This document shows, piece after piece, positions 37,173 to 47,466 of a DNA stretch of 64,000 bases. The notes under the pieces were generated by a model. It saw nothing but the letters and a program-made list of their open reading frames with translations. It searched no databases and was not told where the DNA came from. Both the position numbers and the translations under genes were made by a program. The DNA is taken from sequence record LR756502.1; one strand, written 5' to 3'. Positions within the stretch are counted from its first letter, which is position 1; the number at the start of each line of letters is the position of its first letter.

Positions 37173-38237
37173 TTATAGTCCTATCTCAATTATATCTTTT
37201 TCCTGACGGTTTTTTACAATATCTATTAATCTAGTATCTGATTTGTATTTTTTTGACTTATCAAGATATTTACTAAGATCAGTAGATTCCTCACCCGTAA
37301 GATTATTAAATTCAACAACACCAACTAGGTTATTGCAGTCCAATAGAGAATGATCAATCGAGTCATCACTATCCACATTGAATATTGTTATAATATGAGC
37401 CTCAATTGAGTCTGATAAAAACCCATCTACTAATTGAATCAAATTATTAACCAATGCATTTGACTTTGTATACGACTCATTGAACATCATTTCACAATCA
37501 TCAATAATAATTATTGGACTTGGATATCTTCTAAGAAATCTTTTAAATTCAGGGTTGTTTATTGTTAAATCAATCATATTATTTGGGATAAATATGATCA
37601 TTCTATCGATTGATGTTGAGAGGTAGTTGATCATTGATGTCTTACCAGTTCCTCTGTCACCATATAGAACACTTAGTCCCTTTTTACTCTTCTTAATTGA
37701 CTTTATTAACTTTTTAACATCCTTAAAAGTCCTATTATTATAGAACATTTCAATATTATTCAAGTCTGTATCCATAAGGTGAGCTGGGTCCATTTCAAGA
37801 CCATTTGGTCCTATTGATAAAGTGTTTATCCTATTATTCTGCTCCTCACAAAAATCAATTAAACAACTGTCTAGCTTATCAGTTATTTCTTGAATTTTTT
37901 TAGAATCTTTATCACTCTTATATATGAAGCATATCTCATTTACTATTGATTTATCAGACTTTCTGTCGATTTGAACATATGATATATAGAGTTCTTCACT
38001 TATCTTAACAAGTATCTTATCATTAATTAGGTAATCATCACCATCTGGTATTATCTCAGTCATCACATTTCTATCTGATGTATATGATGATAATATCTTA
38101 TTAAATTCCTTTGTTGAATAGGTATTGTAGAGAACAACCTTGTTTGGTCTACTATTGAACTCTGACCAACAGAACAAAAAGTCGTTTAGCGTTGCGTCAT
38201 CTCTATTTATATTTATATTTATTTTACTCATTTTCAA
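37173..38237 (-). CDS. AAA+ ATPase domain protein
   Basis: Walker A LYGDRGTGKTS, Walker B IIIIDDCE, LIQLVDGFL. Confidence 0.8.
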   Translation of the reverse strand: MKMSKINININRDDATLNDFLFCWSEFNSRPNKVVLYNTYSTKEFNKILSSYTSDRNVMTEIIPDGDDYLINDKILVKISEELYISYVQIDRKSDKSIVNEICFIYKSDKDSKKIQEITDKLDSCLIDFCEEQNNRINTLSIGPNGLEMDPAHLMDTDLNNIEMFYNNRTFKDVKKLIKSIKKSKKGLSVLYGDRGTGKTSMINYLSTSIDRMIIFIPNNMIDLTINNPEFKRFLRRYPSPIIIIDDCEMMFNESYTKSNALVNNLIQLVDGFLSDSIEAHIITIFNVDSDDSIDHSLLDCNNLVGVVEFNNLTGEESTDLSKYLDKSKKYKSDTRLIDIVKNRQEKDIIEIGL

Positions 38238-38487
38238 AAAAGTAGTTTTTAATTTTTATATATATCACAAATAAAATCTCTGCATCATCAGATGAAAAAA
38301 GAAGATATAGATTCAATTTTACTAGCCAACTGGTATTTTACTAAATGTAAAATTGAGACACCGTCTTCTGACAGAACTGAGTTAGCTAGAAAGTATCTTA
38401 CACAGAAAGTAAATAAGGCCCTCTTTGAAAGAACTAAAGTTAATACAACTAAAGCCTTTTACTTTTTATCATTGATATTCTTGATTT

Positions 38488-38703
38488 CTAGATAGAAGGT
38501 CCTATCACAGGTAAATCATTACCTGGTCCAACTGGTTGGATTGTAGGATTTTCATTAAACATACCTTTTTCTTGTTCTCTTTTTATAAGATTAGAAATAA
38601 ACTCTCTTTTCATCTTATCCATTCTGTTTTGTTCTTGCTTCATTCTGTTTTTTCTAGCCAAAACTTTCTTCTTGTGATCTTTTCTATGTTTAGTATTTCC
38701 CAT
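38488..38703 (-). CDS. Small basic hypothetical protein
   Basis: MGNTKHRKDHKKKVLARKNR. Confidence 0.65.
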   Translation of the reverse strand: MGNTKHRKDHKKKVLARKNRMKQEQNRMDKMKREFISNLIKREQEKGMFNENPTIQPVGPGNDLPVIGPSI

Positions 38704-38748
38704 AATTATTAAGTATTTTTTATTTATATTAAGTAAGTAGGCAAATGT

Positions 38749-41700
38749 TTAACTAAAGAGAAAATCAAAGCTAACATCTTTGTTATCTTCTACAAATTTC
38801 TTAAGATCTTCCTGGTTAAGATCTCTAATTGATCGACCATCCGATAACTTGACCTCGTATATAAAATTATAATCCCCACCATTTGCTCCAGCTGTTGGAT
38901 CTTTTAGTAATCCATTTAATATATCCATTATATCTTCTGTACTCATATCTCCTGGTTCGTTTAGTTGGTTACAAAGCTTTATATGTGGTGCTGGTATAAT
39001 AGCCTCTATCCCAAGAGTAGACCAAACAAAGTCTATTATTCCATTTATTAATCCTTCTAATAAACATAAAATTGAGTATAGTATTCTGAATGGCTTCTTA
39101 AGCATATCAAGAAATTGATCCTTTTTAACTTTTGGCATCTTTGCTATCAATGCAATATCAATAACCTCTGATAGATCAAACTCATAATCTTTTGGGAAAT
39201 TTTTTAAGTTACTTACCCATCCTATTAGTTTTGGTATGTCAAACTTTATGCCAGCTAACTCCAGTAATTTTGTTGGTTTGAAGAAGTCCATTATCCATTG
39301 GAATGATAGTAGGTCTGACATTTTTGATGGCAACTCTGGTAGTTTTGATAGACTTTTAAAGAAGTCCATTAACCATTGTATTATACCCGCAATTATCTTA
39401 ATTGGTAGTGATACTATCTCTATTAAGAATTTTAGTATAGGTTGTATATAGTTATTACTCTTTTTAAATAGGTCATCAAATTTACTCTGTAAAAGAGGAT
39501 TTTTTGGATCAGATTTCAATGCTAACTCAAGCTTTGCCTTTGCTAACTCAATATTATCTGGATCATTTGTTTGTTCAAGTTCGTCCGCCTCCTTAACAAG
39601 TTTAGCAACATACTCAGTTAGATATATGTATTTATAGTCAACTCCCTCAACAAACTTACCAGTTGAATATTGTATTGATACTTCCTCTGTATTTTGCTTA
39701 CCATTTGATTCTGTTACAATAGTATTTTTAACACTATTTTGATCTGCCCTTAGATCAATATTTCCTGTGCTGTCAATAACTGGCTTTGTGTCTTTATTTA
39801 AGAATGAATCAAGTGTTTTATTAGGAATATCATTGAAGTCAACTGATGATATAAGACTAATTAATGGCTTTAACATAGATAATTGCATACCAAATGTTAT
39901 TGTATTGCCAAGTATTGGTAGCTTCATTAGGCCTGATCCATCAAGTAAAAACTTATAACTACCATCCGGACTAACTGAAATATAATTACTAAGTACTGAC
40001 TTCTTTATGAAGTTAGCTCTATCACCAACTGCTATACTTGGTAGTTTCTTCATAACATCCATTGACTCTGGTGAGAATATTAGAAAACTCTCACCAAGTT
40101 TTTGAGATATTATATCTGTTATAAAACTAGCTGGATTCTTAAATAATTCCAATAGCTTTTTTATTGCTGGTACTAGCTTTGAGAAGATGTCTGCTAGCAT
40201 TGATAAAAATACCTTTGTTGCTCCAAGAGCATTAGGCATTCTATACCATTCAATTCCAGCTGCATTCTGATTACTACCTCCTATTCCACTTTGTACATTG
40301 TCATCAATTAAAATACCTTCAACTATATAATATGTTTCTGTGTCTAGTTCAGTCTTCATATATCTTTTGATAATACCAACCTCTTGTGGTGTTCCACCAT
40401 ACTTACCTTGTGAGTATAACTCTGGATGTGTTAAATGGTTGTTAGTTATTTTACTTGGATCAATCATTTTGCCATATTTTGTTGTGTCTTTTACTCTCAC
40501 CTGGAATGCCGGTATATCAATTGTACTAACCGATATATCGAATGTTTCATTATTACCAAATGTGTTATAAAGAAGTGAGATACTATTATTCTTTCTAAAA
40601 CCGGGCATTATAGCTTTCTCATTTATAACTGTATTAAGATCTAATTGACTTCTCCAAACTATCCATCTTTTAACTTTATAGTTATCAACCTCTATTAGCG
40701 ATTTGTCATCAAGTGTTTTTTCTCCATTTGCTACTTGTATATATGTTCTTAGTTCCTTTGATACCTTAATGTCGTCAAACTGCCAAATAGAAGATGACGC
40801 TGTTGCTCCTGGGATTACGCCTATATGAAACTTACTAGAATTTACTAACCTTGTTTGTGGTAGTGATCCGTTCGCGATGCTAGTAGTTTCAATAGTTTGC
40901 CAATCAATGGAAAAGTTATTCTCATTCCATGACGCTGGTGCATCGTTGTGCCAATCTGCTGATGATTCAGTAGACTTTTTATAATACCATCTAATTATTC
41001 GACTAGTGTGTAGGCTTGCTGATTGTAAGGTTTGTATAGTTACTTTTGTAACTATTTCCCCATTCAATGTAGGGCTTCCTTCGATATTGTATTCCGCTGT
41101 TGATGAGCTTATAGGAATAGGTGATATCGTCTCAGTTGTGCTTGTTACTGAATACTCCCTGTATGACCACTGTGTAGTTGAGTCATTAACCTGTCTCTCC
41201 ATTTCTATATAAATATTATTCTGTAATGGGAAAGTAATGTTATTTTTACCAACAAAATAAGGATTCTCATCATATCTCCAAGTCTCAATTTTATATGAGT
41301 TATTGTTATTTAGCTCTGGTTTTATTGGACCAGATAATCCATCAACATCATCATAGTTCCAGTTGTCTAGTTGATATTCTGTTATGTTTTCGAATATTTT
41401 AGCATCTTCTTGGTTCTTAGTTACACTTATACTGAATGGTAATTTTGTTTTATTATTATCTATATCTATACTAAGAGAGTTCTTTATAAAGCTTAGTATC
41501 TGTGTTTCAACTTCTGGGCTTCCTTGAGCATCTTCATATCTAATATCAAGTGCAGAATCGACCTTTATCACCTTTAAGTCATAGTCTGATTCTGGATCCA
41601 TCCAAATATCACTTCCAGATATTTTAAGCTTACTTGGTTTGAATGGGTATTTCAATCCACTTGGTATATCCATTACTTGCTGATTATTTGGATTAACAAA

Positions 41701-43158
41701 TGTACTTGCGTTTAGTATTCCATACTTAAAGGCGTTGTCTATGTGATTATCTATTTGTGTTTTCTCAAGAGTGTATGTTCCTACTCTTTTAGTTCCCTCA
41801 TCATCTTTAACATCTAGCTTTGATATAACCTCATTTATGTACCCAGATTTCTCATCAGGATCAAGTCCAGGTGATGAGTTTATCTTTTTTGATACTAAAT
41901 CGGTAAAGTAATCTATGAATTCATTTCTCTCATTTGTTCCGGTGAAATCAACAATATATTCTCCCTTACGAAGGCCATCTTCATATTTCTTCCTAGTGAA
42001 CTCATCACCTCCACCAGCATCTGGCTTTGATTGTTGTCTTCTTATATCAGCACCTCCATATCTCTCCCAATAATAAAATGGTGATCCAAACCTAGGCCAA
42101 TTATACTGAGATGATATACTAGCTATGTTATTTGGAAAGTACCATTTATCAGACCTTGTTATCCAATCAGCTACATAAAAAGGAGTATCTGCCTCATTTC
42201 CAAACTGGTCTAATGTTTTTAACTTAGTCATTGGGTTTATAATCTCTCCCTTGCTGTTAAATATACCAAATATTACTTTTTTAGGCTTTAATTTTTTATA
42301 TGGATCGTCATCTTCTAGACTTAAATCGGAATTTGAATCCTCAGTAACAACTGAATCATCTTTAACATCTTTGTATGTGTATTTATATTCGATAGATGGA
42401 TCAAAAACTCCTGTTGAGTATACTGTTGATATTATTCTATAATCTCCATCAACTACATCAGTTGAGTTTGACTCTGGTGTTCCATCAGTTGTTGTTTTAG
42501 TTGGGGACTTTTTACTTAATGATTGAAGCTTACCAAGACTTGATTTTATATCTTCTCCAGATTTATATCCAATCGCCTTTGGTCTGCCATTTGTTATACC
42601 AGCATTTGTCTTTGGTTTCTCTGACTGTACTGTAAGCTTGGCTTCCGTTGGTAGTGGTGCTAATATTGGCATGAACCTAGCTATTATATCTTCAACCTTA
42701 GCTATATTATCAATAACTAGTTTAGCAATCTCTATGTAAGGCTTCTGTGTTTCAAATATTGACTTTAATATCGTTTTCTCCATTGCCTTAACGCCCATTA
42801 GATCGTTTGATGGGTCCAAACTTATTAAATCTTTTGGTATGCTATATCCATTTTTTGTTTTATATTTTGATGGATCTGGTATGTCTAGTTTGACAAGCTT
42901 TGCAAATTGCTTAAATGATTCTTCGTCTTTGCACTTATTTATATTCTTTAGCATCATTGACTTCTTCATTGAGTCTGCTATACCAATATCCCCATTGACA
43001 AATTTAGTTATATAATCAATATTTGGTAGTAGAAGAGATGAGTTGGCTGTCATTCCTATTGACTTAGATATTTCACTTATTGGACCTGGCATAGCAAGAG
43101 ATACGTGAAATTTAATTGGACTATCAGGATAAGTTGGAAATAAACCAGGTAAAGACAT
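38749..43158 (-). CDS. Large (1469 aa) hypothetical protein, probably virion-associated
   Basis: Long uninterrupted ORF; AATATATA upstream; helical Pro-punctuated ends and beta-rich centre; function is inference. Confidence 0.7.
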   Translation of the reverse strand: MSLPGLFPTYPDSPIKFHVSLAMPGPISEISKSIGMTANSSLLLPNIDYITKFVNGDIGIADSMKKSMMLKNINKCKDEESFKQFAKLVKLDIPDPSKYKTKNGYSIPKDLISLDPSNDLMGVKAMEKTILKSIFETQKPYIEIAKLVIDNIAKVEDIIARFMPILAPLPTEAKLTVQSEKPKTNAGITNGRPKAIGYKSGEDIKSSLGKLQSLSKKSPTKTTTDGTPESNSTDVVDGDYRIISTVYSTGVFDPSIEYKYTYKDVKDDSVVTEDSNSDLSLEDDDPYKKLKPKKVIFGIFNSKGEIINPMTKLKTLDQFGNEADTPFYVADWITRSDKWYFPNNIASISSQYNWPRFGSPFYYWERYGGADIRRQQSKPDAGGGDEFTRKKYEDGLRKGEYIVDFTGTNERNEFIDYFTDLVSKKINSSPGLDPDEKSGYINEVISKLDVKDDEGTKRVGTYTLEKTQIDNHIDNAFKYGILNASTFVNPNNQQVMDIPSGLKYPFKPSKLKISGSDIWMDPESDYDLKVIKVDSALDIRYEDAQGSPEVETQILSFIKNSLSIDIDNNKTKLPFSISVTKNQEDAKIFENITEYQLDNWNYDDVDGLSGPIKPELNNNNSYKIETWRYDENPYFVGKNNITFPLQNNIYIEMERQVNDSTTQWSYREYSVTSTTETISPIPISSSTAEYNIEGSPTLNGEIVTKVTIQTLQSASLHTSRIIRWYYKKSTESSADWHNDAPASWNENNFSIDWQTIETTSIANGSLPQTRLVNSSKFHIGVIPGATASSSIWQFDDIKVSKELRTYIQVANGEKTLDDKSLIEVDNYKVKRWIVWRSQLDLNTVINEKAIMPGFRKNNSISLLYNTFGNNETFDISVSTIDIPAFQVRVKDTTKYGKMIDPSKITNNHLTHPELYSQGKYGGTPQEVGIIKRYMKTELDTETYYIVEGILIDDNVQSGIGGSNQNAAGIEWYRMPNALGATKVFLSMLADIFSKLVPAIKKLLELFKNPASFITDIISQKLGESFLIFSPESMDVMKKLPSIAVGDRANFIKKSVLSNYISVSPDGSYKFLLDGSGLMKLPILGNTITFGMQLSMLKPLISLISSVDFNDIPNKTLDSFLNKDTKPVIDSTGNIDLRADQNSVKNTIVTESNGKQNTEEVSIQYSTGKFVEGVDYKYIYLTEYVAKLVKEADELEQTNDPDNIELAKAKLELALKSDPKNPLLQSKFDDLFKKSNNYIQPILKFLIEIVSLPIKIIAGIIQWLMDFFKSLSKLPELPSKMSDLLSFQWIMDFFKPTKLLELAGIKFDIPKLIGWVSNLKNFPKDYEFDLSEVIDIALIAKMPKVKKDQFLDMLKKPFRILYSILCLLEGLINGIIDFVWSTLGIEAIIPAPHIKLCNQLNEPGDMSTEDIMDILNGLLKDPTAGANGGDYNFIYEVKLSDGRSIRDLNQEDLKKFVEDNKDVSFDFLFS

Positions 43159-43193
43159 TGAAACTTTAAAAATTTAAGGTATATATTCAGGAA

Positions 43194-43634
43194 CTATTTT
43201 TCCCCAAAGTTATTCTCCCTATCTAATTCTACTATTAGTGTGTCCAGCTTAACTCCCTTTAGTTTTTCTAAAATGTTGGCTGATGAGTTGATATAATATG
43301 GTCTTCTCTTTTTAGTTGAAACACCAGAAATACTATATGTTATATGATATTTATATTTTAGATTATTTGAATCACAATATGACTCAAAGCTCTTGAGTGT
43401 ATCAATAATCTCCTCGATAAAAAATCCTTTTAGCCTACCTGGTCCCATCCAAGCAGACATAATGGTTATATTCCACGAAATTACACCGGTATATGCATCT
43501 ATTGAAAACCCATCATCAGATATTGGATAGAGATAGTCTAGTGAATCTATTATAAATTGTGGTAAATCATCCTCTCTTGTAAATGGATGTGGTGTCTCAG
43601 ATTCAAATAGGCTATATGGTTTAAGATGGTTCAT
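43194..43634 (-). CDS. Hypothetical protein with N-terminal leader
   Basis: Starts MNHLKPYSLFES. Confidence 0.65.
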   Translation of the reverse strand: MNHLKPYSLFESETPHPFTREDDLPQFIIDSLDYLYPISDDGFSIDAYTGVISWNITIMSAWMGPGRLKGFFIEEIIDTLKSFESYCDSNNLKYKYHITYSISGVSTKKRRPYYINSSANILEKLKGVKLDTLIVELDRENNFGEK

Positions 43635-45006
43635 CAATCTCTAACATTTTCTTAGAAACTTTGTAATTGAAGTCCTCTGAAAGGTCAAATTTGTACTTAG
43701 CTGATAGCTTACCACTCATCTCACCTCCAGAAAATCTAACAGATATATTCATATTTATTAGTGGTTTATCATCTAATTCCAAAACTATTTTTATAGTAAA
43801 GTCATTATTCTCTTCCTCTTCATTAACAATAAACTTAACATGATAATCAAATTTAATAACCAAATCATCATAGAATTTTCTAAAAAATTCTCTTGATGGT
43901 ACTTGATGGAAGTAGTTGCCATTGTTACCAAGGAAGTAAACAGGTCTTTCTAGACAACCTATTTTTTCAACAATTGTTTTGAATAGCTTCATCTTTACCG
44001 TTCCATCCGCTATTTTAAAACCATCTTCTGTTCTAACTATATCATCTTGATGAGTTGACTTTAGTGAGTCCGTTAATAAGTGTTCTAGTATTTTTGAGTT
44101 TAGAATAAATACTTTAGTCTCCATCCATTCTTTATATACCCTCTCGGTGTCCATAAAACAATTATCTCTATTTTTCCATATCTCACTCATTAGGTCAGAG
44201 AACTTAAGAATATTTTTATCAAAGTCTTTAATAAATTCACCTAGATGTTTAAATCTTGGGTCTCTATGTCTTATATCATAATACTCAAAGTATCCAATTG
44301 TATCAATTCTATTTGGATCAATAAACTTTTCTATATGCTGTTGTATATTTTTGTTTGCATTCTCATATACAACCTTTACCCACTCTTGAGTAAGCTTATT
44401 CCATTTACCTAGATATTCTTCTTTATAAAGATTATCCATATCCTGTCCAATCAAATCATCCGCAAATAGATTGAAGCTTGCTGACTTCTGTGAGCTTAAG
44501 TTCTTATTTAAGAAGAAACTATATTGCTTACCATCTGCTGTTTCAATTACTATATCCTCTTGATGTTCGGCGTCTTTATTTGGTCCAACCCAAAAAACTG
44601 CAGTTACTCTATCAGGTGATAGTTTTTCATCCGGGATAAGCTTATCTATAATGTTGCGTGCAGTTGTTCTTGCTGATATAAGTTTATCCCAGTCTTCCTC
44701 AATGCTAAATTCAACTGAGTCAAATAGTCCATTTATCTTTGATACTTCATCATCTGAAACACATTTATTATTCTCCACGAATTTACCAAGATGTAATCTA
44801 TTATTAGATAATAATAGATTTTTAAGATCTGTTAAAAATACACTAGAGTCTTCGCTATATCTAGCTTTCAACCCTTTGTCTAGTATATTATCAAGAAATT
44901 CATTATTTAATATAACCATACTGACACAAATCTCAAGAATAATATTCTTATTGGAGTATTCCTTCTTAGACTCTGTAAATAATTTATAACCTCTTAGCCA
45001 CTTCAT
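43621..45006 (-). CDS. Hypothetical protein with N-terminal leader
   Basis: True start likely ATG 45006 (MKWLRGYKLFTES), not the track's 45153. Confidence 0.75.
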   Translation of the reverse strand: MKWLRGYKLFTESKKEYSNKNIILEICVSMVILNNEFLDNILDKGLKARYSEDSSVFLTDLKNLLLSNNRLHLGKFVENNKCVSDDEVSKINGLFDSVEFSIEEDWDKLISARTTARNIIDKLIPDEKLSPDRVTAVFWVGPNKDAEHQEDIVIETADGKQYSFFLNKNLSSQKSASFNLFADDLIGQDMDNLYKEEYLGKWNKLTQEWVKVVYENANKNIQQHIEKFIDPNRIDTIGYFEYYDIRHRDPRFKHLGEFIKDFDKNILKFSDLMSEIWKNRDNCFMDTERVYKEWMETKVFILNSKILEHLLTDSLKSTHQDDIVRTEDGFKIADGTVKMKLFKTIVEKIGCLERPVYFLGNNGNYFHQVPSREFFRKFYDDLVIKFDYHVKFIVNEEEENNDFTIKIVLELDDKPLINMNISVRFSGGEMSGKLSAKYKFDLSEDFNYKVSKKMLEIDEPS

Positions 45007-45023
45007 CGATTTTGATAAACGTA

Positions 45024-45043
45024 TTTTAATATATATATTAAAA
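45024..45043. promoter_or_regulatory. Palindromic bidirectional TAATATATA element
   Basis: ttttaatatatatattaaaa perfect palindrome between divergent genes 45006(-) and 45086(+). Confidence 0.6.
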
Positions 45044-45085
45044 CCATCAATCCGATTTATGAAATTGATGAAGTAAAAGATAAAA

Positions 45086-45715
45086 ATGAAATATCTAAAA
45101 AAATATAAAAAGTATAAAGAGTCCTTAGAGATTGATCTGGCGCTATATAACATTGATTTAATGGAGTCATTAAATCTTTGGCATGATGTAATTCTTAATT
45201 CAATAGGTGCTGAAGAGATGGATATCTATGAAACATTTAAGTTACCAAAAGATCAGTACCAAGGTAGAATGAATATCGACTTTTTATCAAATGATGTTGA
45301 ATTTATTAATTCATTAGCTAGTATTGGATTAAAGAAATCACCTATACAAAGTACAGATGACTATGCTACTTTTATAAATAAACCTTGTAAATTTATGTTT
45401 ATTTATGGGGTTGAGTCAAATGAGTTAGAAAATCCAATGTATATATTGTTTGAGAGTTGGAACGAGACTTTAAGTAAGTGGCAAGATGGTAGACTATATA
45501 AGGTTAATGATGATGTTAAACGATTCTATGATAAATTATCATCAAAAACAATTGAGATAACTGATGGTGATCAGAACTACATATATTCAACTTCTAATGG
45601 TAGTGAATGGGAGCTTCAAAATAATAAGGAAAGTGAAATATACCAAAAGGTATTTAGAAAGGATGAGTTTGAGAAGCTTATAAATGACCGAAAGGCAAAG
45701 CTAAAAATTATTTAA
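45086..45715 (+). CDS. Hypothetical protein with N-terminal leader
   Basis: Starts MKYLKKYKKYKES. Confidence 0.75.
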   Translation: MKYLKKYKKYKESLEIDLALYNIDLMESLNLWHDVILNSIGAEEMDIYETFKLPKDQYQGRMNIDFLSNDVEFINSLASIGLKKSPIQSTDDYATFINKPCKFMFIYGVESNELENPMYILFESWNETLSKWQDGRLYKVNDDVKRFYDKLSSKTIEITDGDQNYIYSTSNGSEWELQNNKESEIYQKVFRKDEFEKLINDRKAKLKII

Positions 45716-46383
45716 ATTTGCATCCTTATATAAAGGAATATTAGGTTATCCTTCTCTTGTTGAGTTTGACTATAATGCCATTTCCAAGTAAATGTTGATT
45801 CGACAAATACTATTCTATCTTTAAGTGTTTTAATTTTCATTGTGATATTATCCGCATCATCCTCATCTATTTCATATTCAATATTTAATTCATTACATAT
45901 CGCATATATACTAGCTAAATCATTGTTATCATACATATTTGTTGACTTTATGTATATTTCATTAAGTCTTTCATCATTAACCCTATCTGGATGAGTTAGC
46001 TTTACTATATCTCTATATAACTTTTTTATTTTATTAGATTTAATATCTTTGATATCCTCATCAACCTCTGTAACCTCGTCACTTTCCTCCGGTATCTCAT
46101 TATTATCTCCCTCGTCTTCTTTGTTATCATTAGTTTCCTCAAATTTTATTATATCCTTTGTTTCATTATCTTTGGATTTTTTTATTATATCTTCTATTCT
46201 CTCATTTACTTTCTTATCAAATATATCCTTAAGTTCTTTGTTTCTTTCTAAAAATGAATTAACCTCCATCATAAATTTACTATCATTCTCAACTATTATT
46301 TCAGACTTATACTCAAAGTCTGATTCTATATAATCAAGCTCCTTTATAAGTTTTTTTATTTCTAGTTGTTTTAATTTGTTCAT
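45712..46383 (-). CDS. J-domain-like protein (HPD motif)
   Basis: Coiled coil and acidic linker, then KIKKLYRDIVKLTHPDRV. Confidence 0.7.
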   Translation of the reverse strand: MNKLKQLEIKKLIKELDYIESDFEYKSEIIVENDSKFMMEVNSFLERNKELKDIFDKKVNERIEDIIKKSKDNETKDIIKFEETNDNKEDEGDNNEIPEESDEVTEVDEDIKDIKSNKIKKLYRDIVKLTHPDRVNDERLNEIYIKSTNMYDNNDLASIYAICNELNIEYEIDEDDADNITMKIKTLKDRIVFVESTFTWKWHYSQTQQEKDNLIFLYIRMQI

Positions 46384-46441
46384 TTATGCTTTTATGTATT
46401 TGATAATTTATATATAATCCAAACAGATTTTTGTTTGAAAT

Positions 46442-46747
46442 ATGAGTAGTGATAAACGAAAAATAAAAAATTATGGCGACTTTAGTATGCAAAAACCATC
46501 ATGCTATAAAGTATCAAATTTGCTAGCTATAACTGGAGAGCATAAACCAGGCTTCTTTGCTAAGAAGAGGAAATTTGAGATTATAATCTACTATACTCCA
46601 CTAAAAGGTAGAATAATGGATATTAATGCTATCGATATAGATCCATCATTCTTTCCATTTAAAAATGGTGATAATATATCTTTGGTTAGAGATTGGGTTA
46701 AGCTATATAACTATAATATAGTGATAGATAAAAAGATTTTTGGATAA
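46442..46747 (+). CDS. Hypothetical protein with weak leader
   Basis: KIKNYGDF near the N-terminus. Confidence 0.65.
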   Translation: MSSDKRKIKNYGDFSMQKPSCYKVSNLLAITGEHKPGFFAKKRKFEIIIYYTPLKGRIMDINAIDIDPSFFPFKNGDNISLVRDWVKLYNYNIVIDKKIFG

Positions 46748-46897
46748 ATGGTAGCTGTTTATATTTTAATGGGATCCGTTTTGGTAACATTTTCAATTTT
46801 TTTAGCAATGGGGCTATCTCATATGAATGAAAATCATCCAGATTATAATGGTGATGATTTGTTTGATCAAGACAAAATAGATAAAAAGAAAGTTTAA
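46748..46897 (+). CDS. Small single-TM protein missed by the track (49 aa)
   Basis: MVAVYILMGSVLVTFSIFLAMGLSHMNENHPDYNGDDLFDQDKIDKKKV*. Confidence 0.6.
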   Translation: MVAVYILMGSVLVTFSIFLAMGLSHMNENHPDYNGDDLFDQDKIDKKKV

Positions 46898-46907
46898 TAT
46901 ATAGTTT

Positions 46908-47423
46908 ATGAAAAACCTACCAATAGTTGAATTGTACTTAATAAAGAAAAGACTTATTAATGAGGGAATGCAAAATGACCCATTGATGGATGAGGTATAT
47001 GAGGCTATAAAATATAGAGAATTAATGATACTTGAAGATACGTCAGCAACTGGTGGTCCTTGTGTATCTGGTGGTATGGGTGCTGTTGTATCATCTCAAC
47101 CATCTGGATTAGCTGGTGCTACAATTGGTACAAATTGGTCAAGTGGTGGTGGTACTATTGGTTCTGGTGATGTTTCAATTCCATATAACCCAGGTGTTGG
47201 TAGTGCTAGAATGTCTCAAAAGATACCAATGCAAATGGGTACTAGTCATGGTAGTAGAACTGGTAAGAAGTCCAGAAAGAAAAGAATGACTATGAAGACA
47301 CTTCAACAATTAAAGAATACATTCGCACAAAAGCAAGACTACACAAAGACCGGTGAGCCTAAAAGTAAAGTTATGAACTTTGATGACTTTCAGAAAGCCG
47401 ACATTGATAAAATTAAGAAATAA
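46908..47423 (+). CDS. Gly/Ser-rich hypothetical protein
   Basis: ILEDTSATGGP...GGGTIGSGD; TAATATATAG at 46895-46904. Confidence 0.7.
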   Translation: MKNLPIVELYLIKKRLINEGMQNDPLMDEVYEAIKYRELMILEDTSATGGPCVSGGMGAVVSSQPSGLAGATIGTNWSSGGGTIGSGDVSIPYNPGVGSARMSQKIPMQMGTSHGSRTGKKSRKKRMTMKTLQQLKNTFAQKQDYTKTGEPKSKVMNFDDFQKADIDKIKK

Positions 47424-47450
47424 TATTTCTTGGTAAAAGTGGTTCTGGTA
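47417..47450 (+). pseudogene. Remnant of the original gmk 5' end (P-loop)
   Basis: gaa ata ata ttt ctt ggt aaa agt ggt tct ggt a = EIIFLGKSGSG, no ATG, mirrors gmk CIIMGPSGSGK. Confidence 0.6.
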
Positions 47451-47466
47451 GCTTAATATATAGACT

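Noticed and set aside
38292-38495. 67-aa plus-strand ORF
   Set aside because: Isolated against minus-strand neighbours with no recognisable motif; cannot be supported as a gene.
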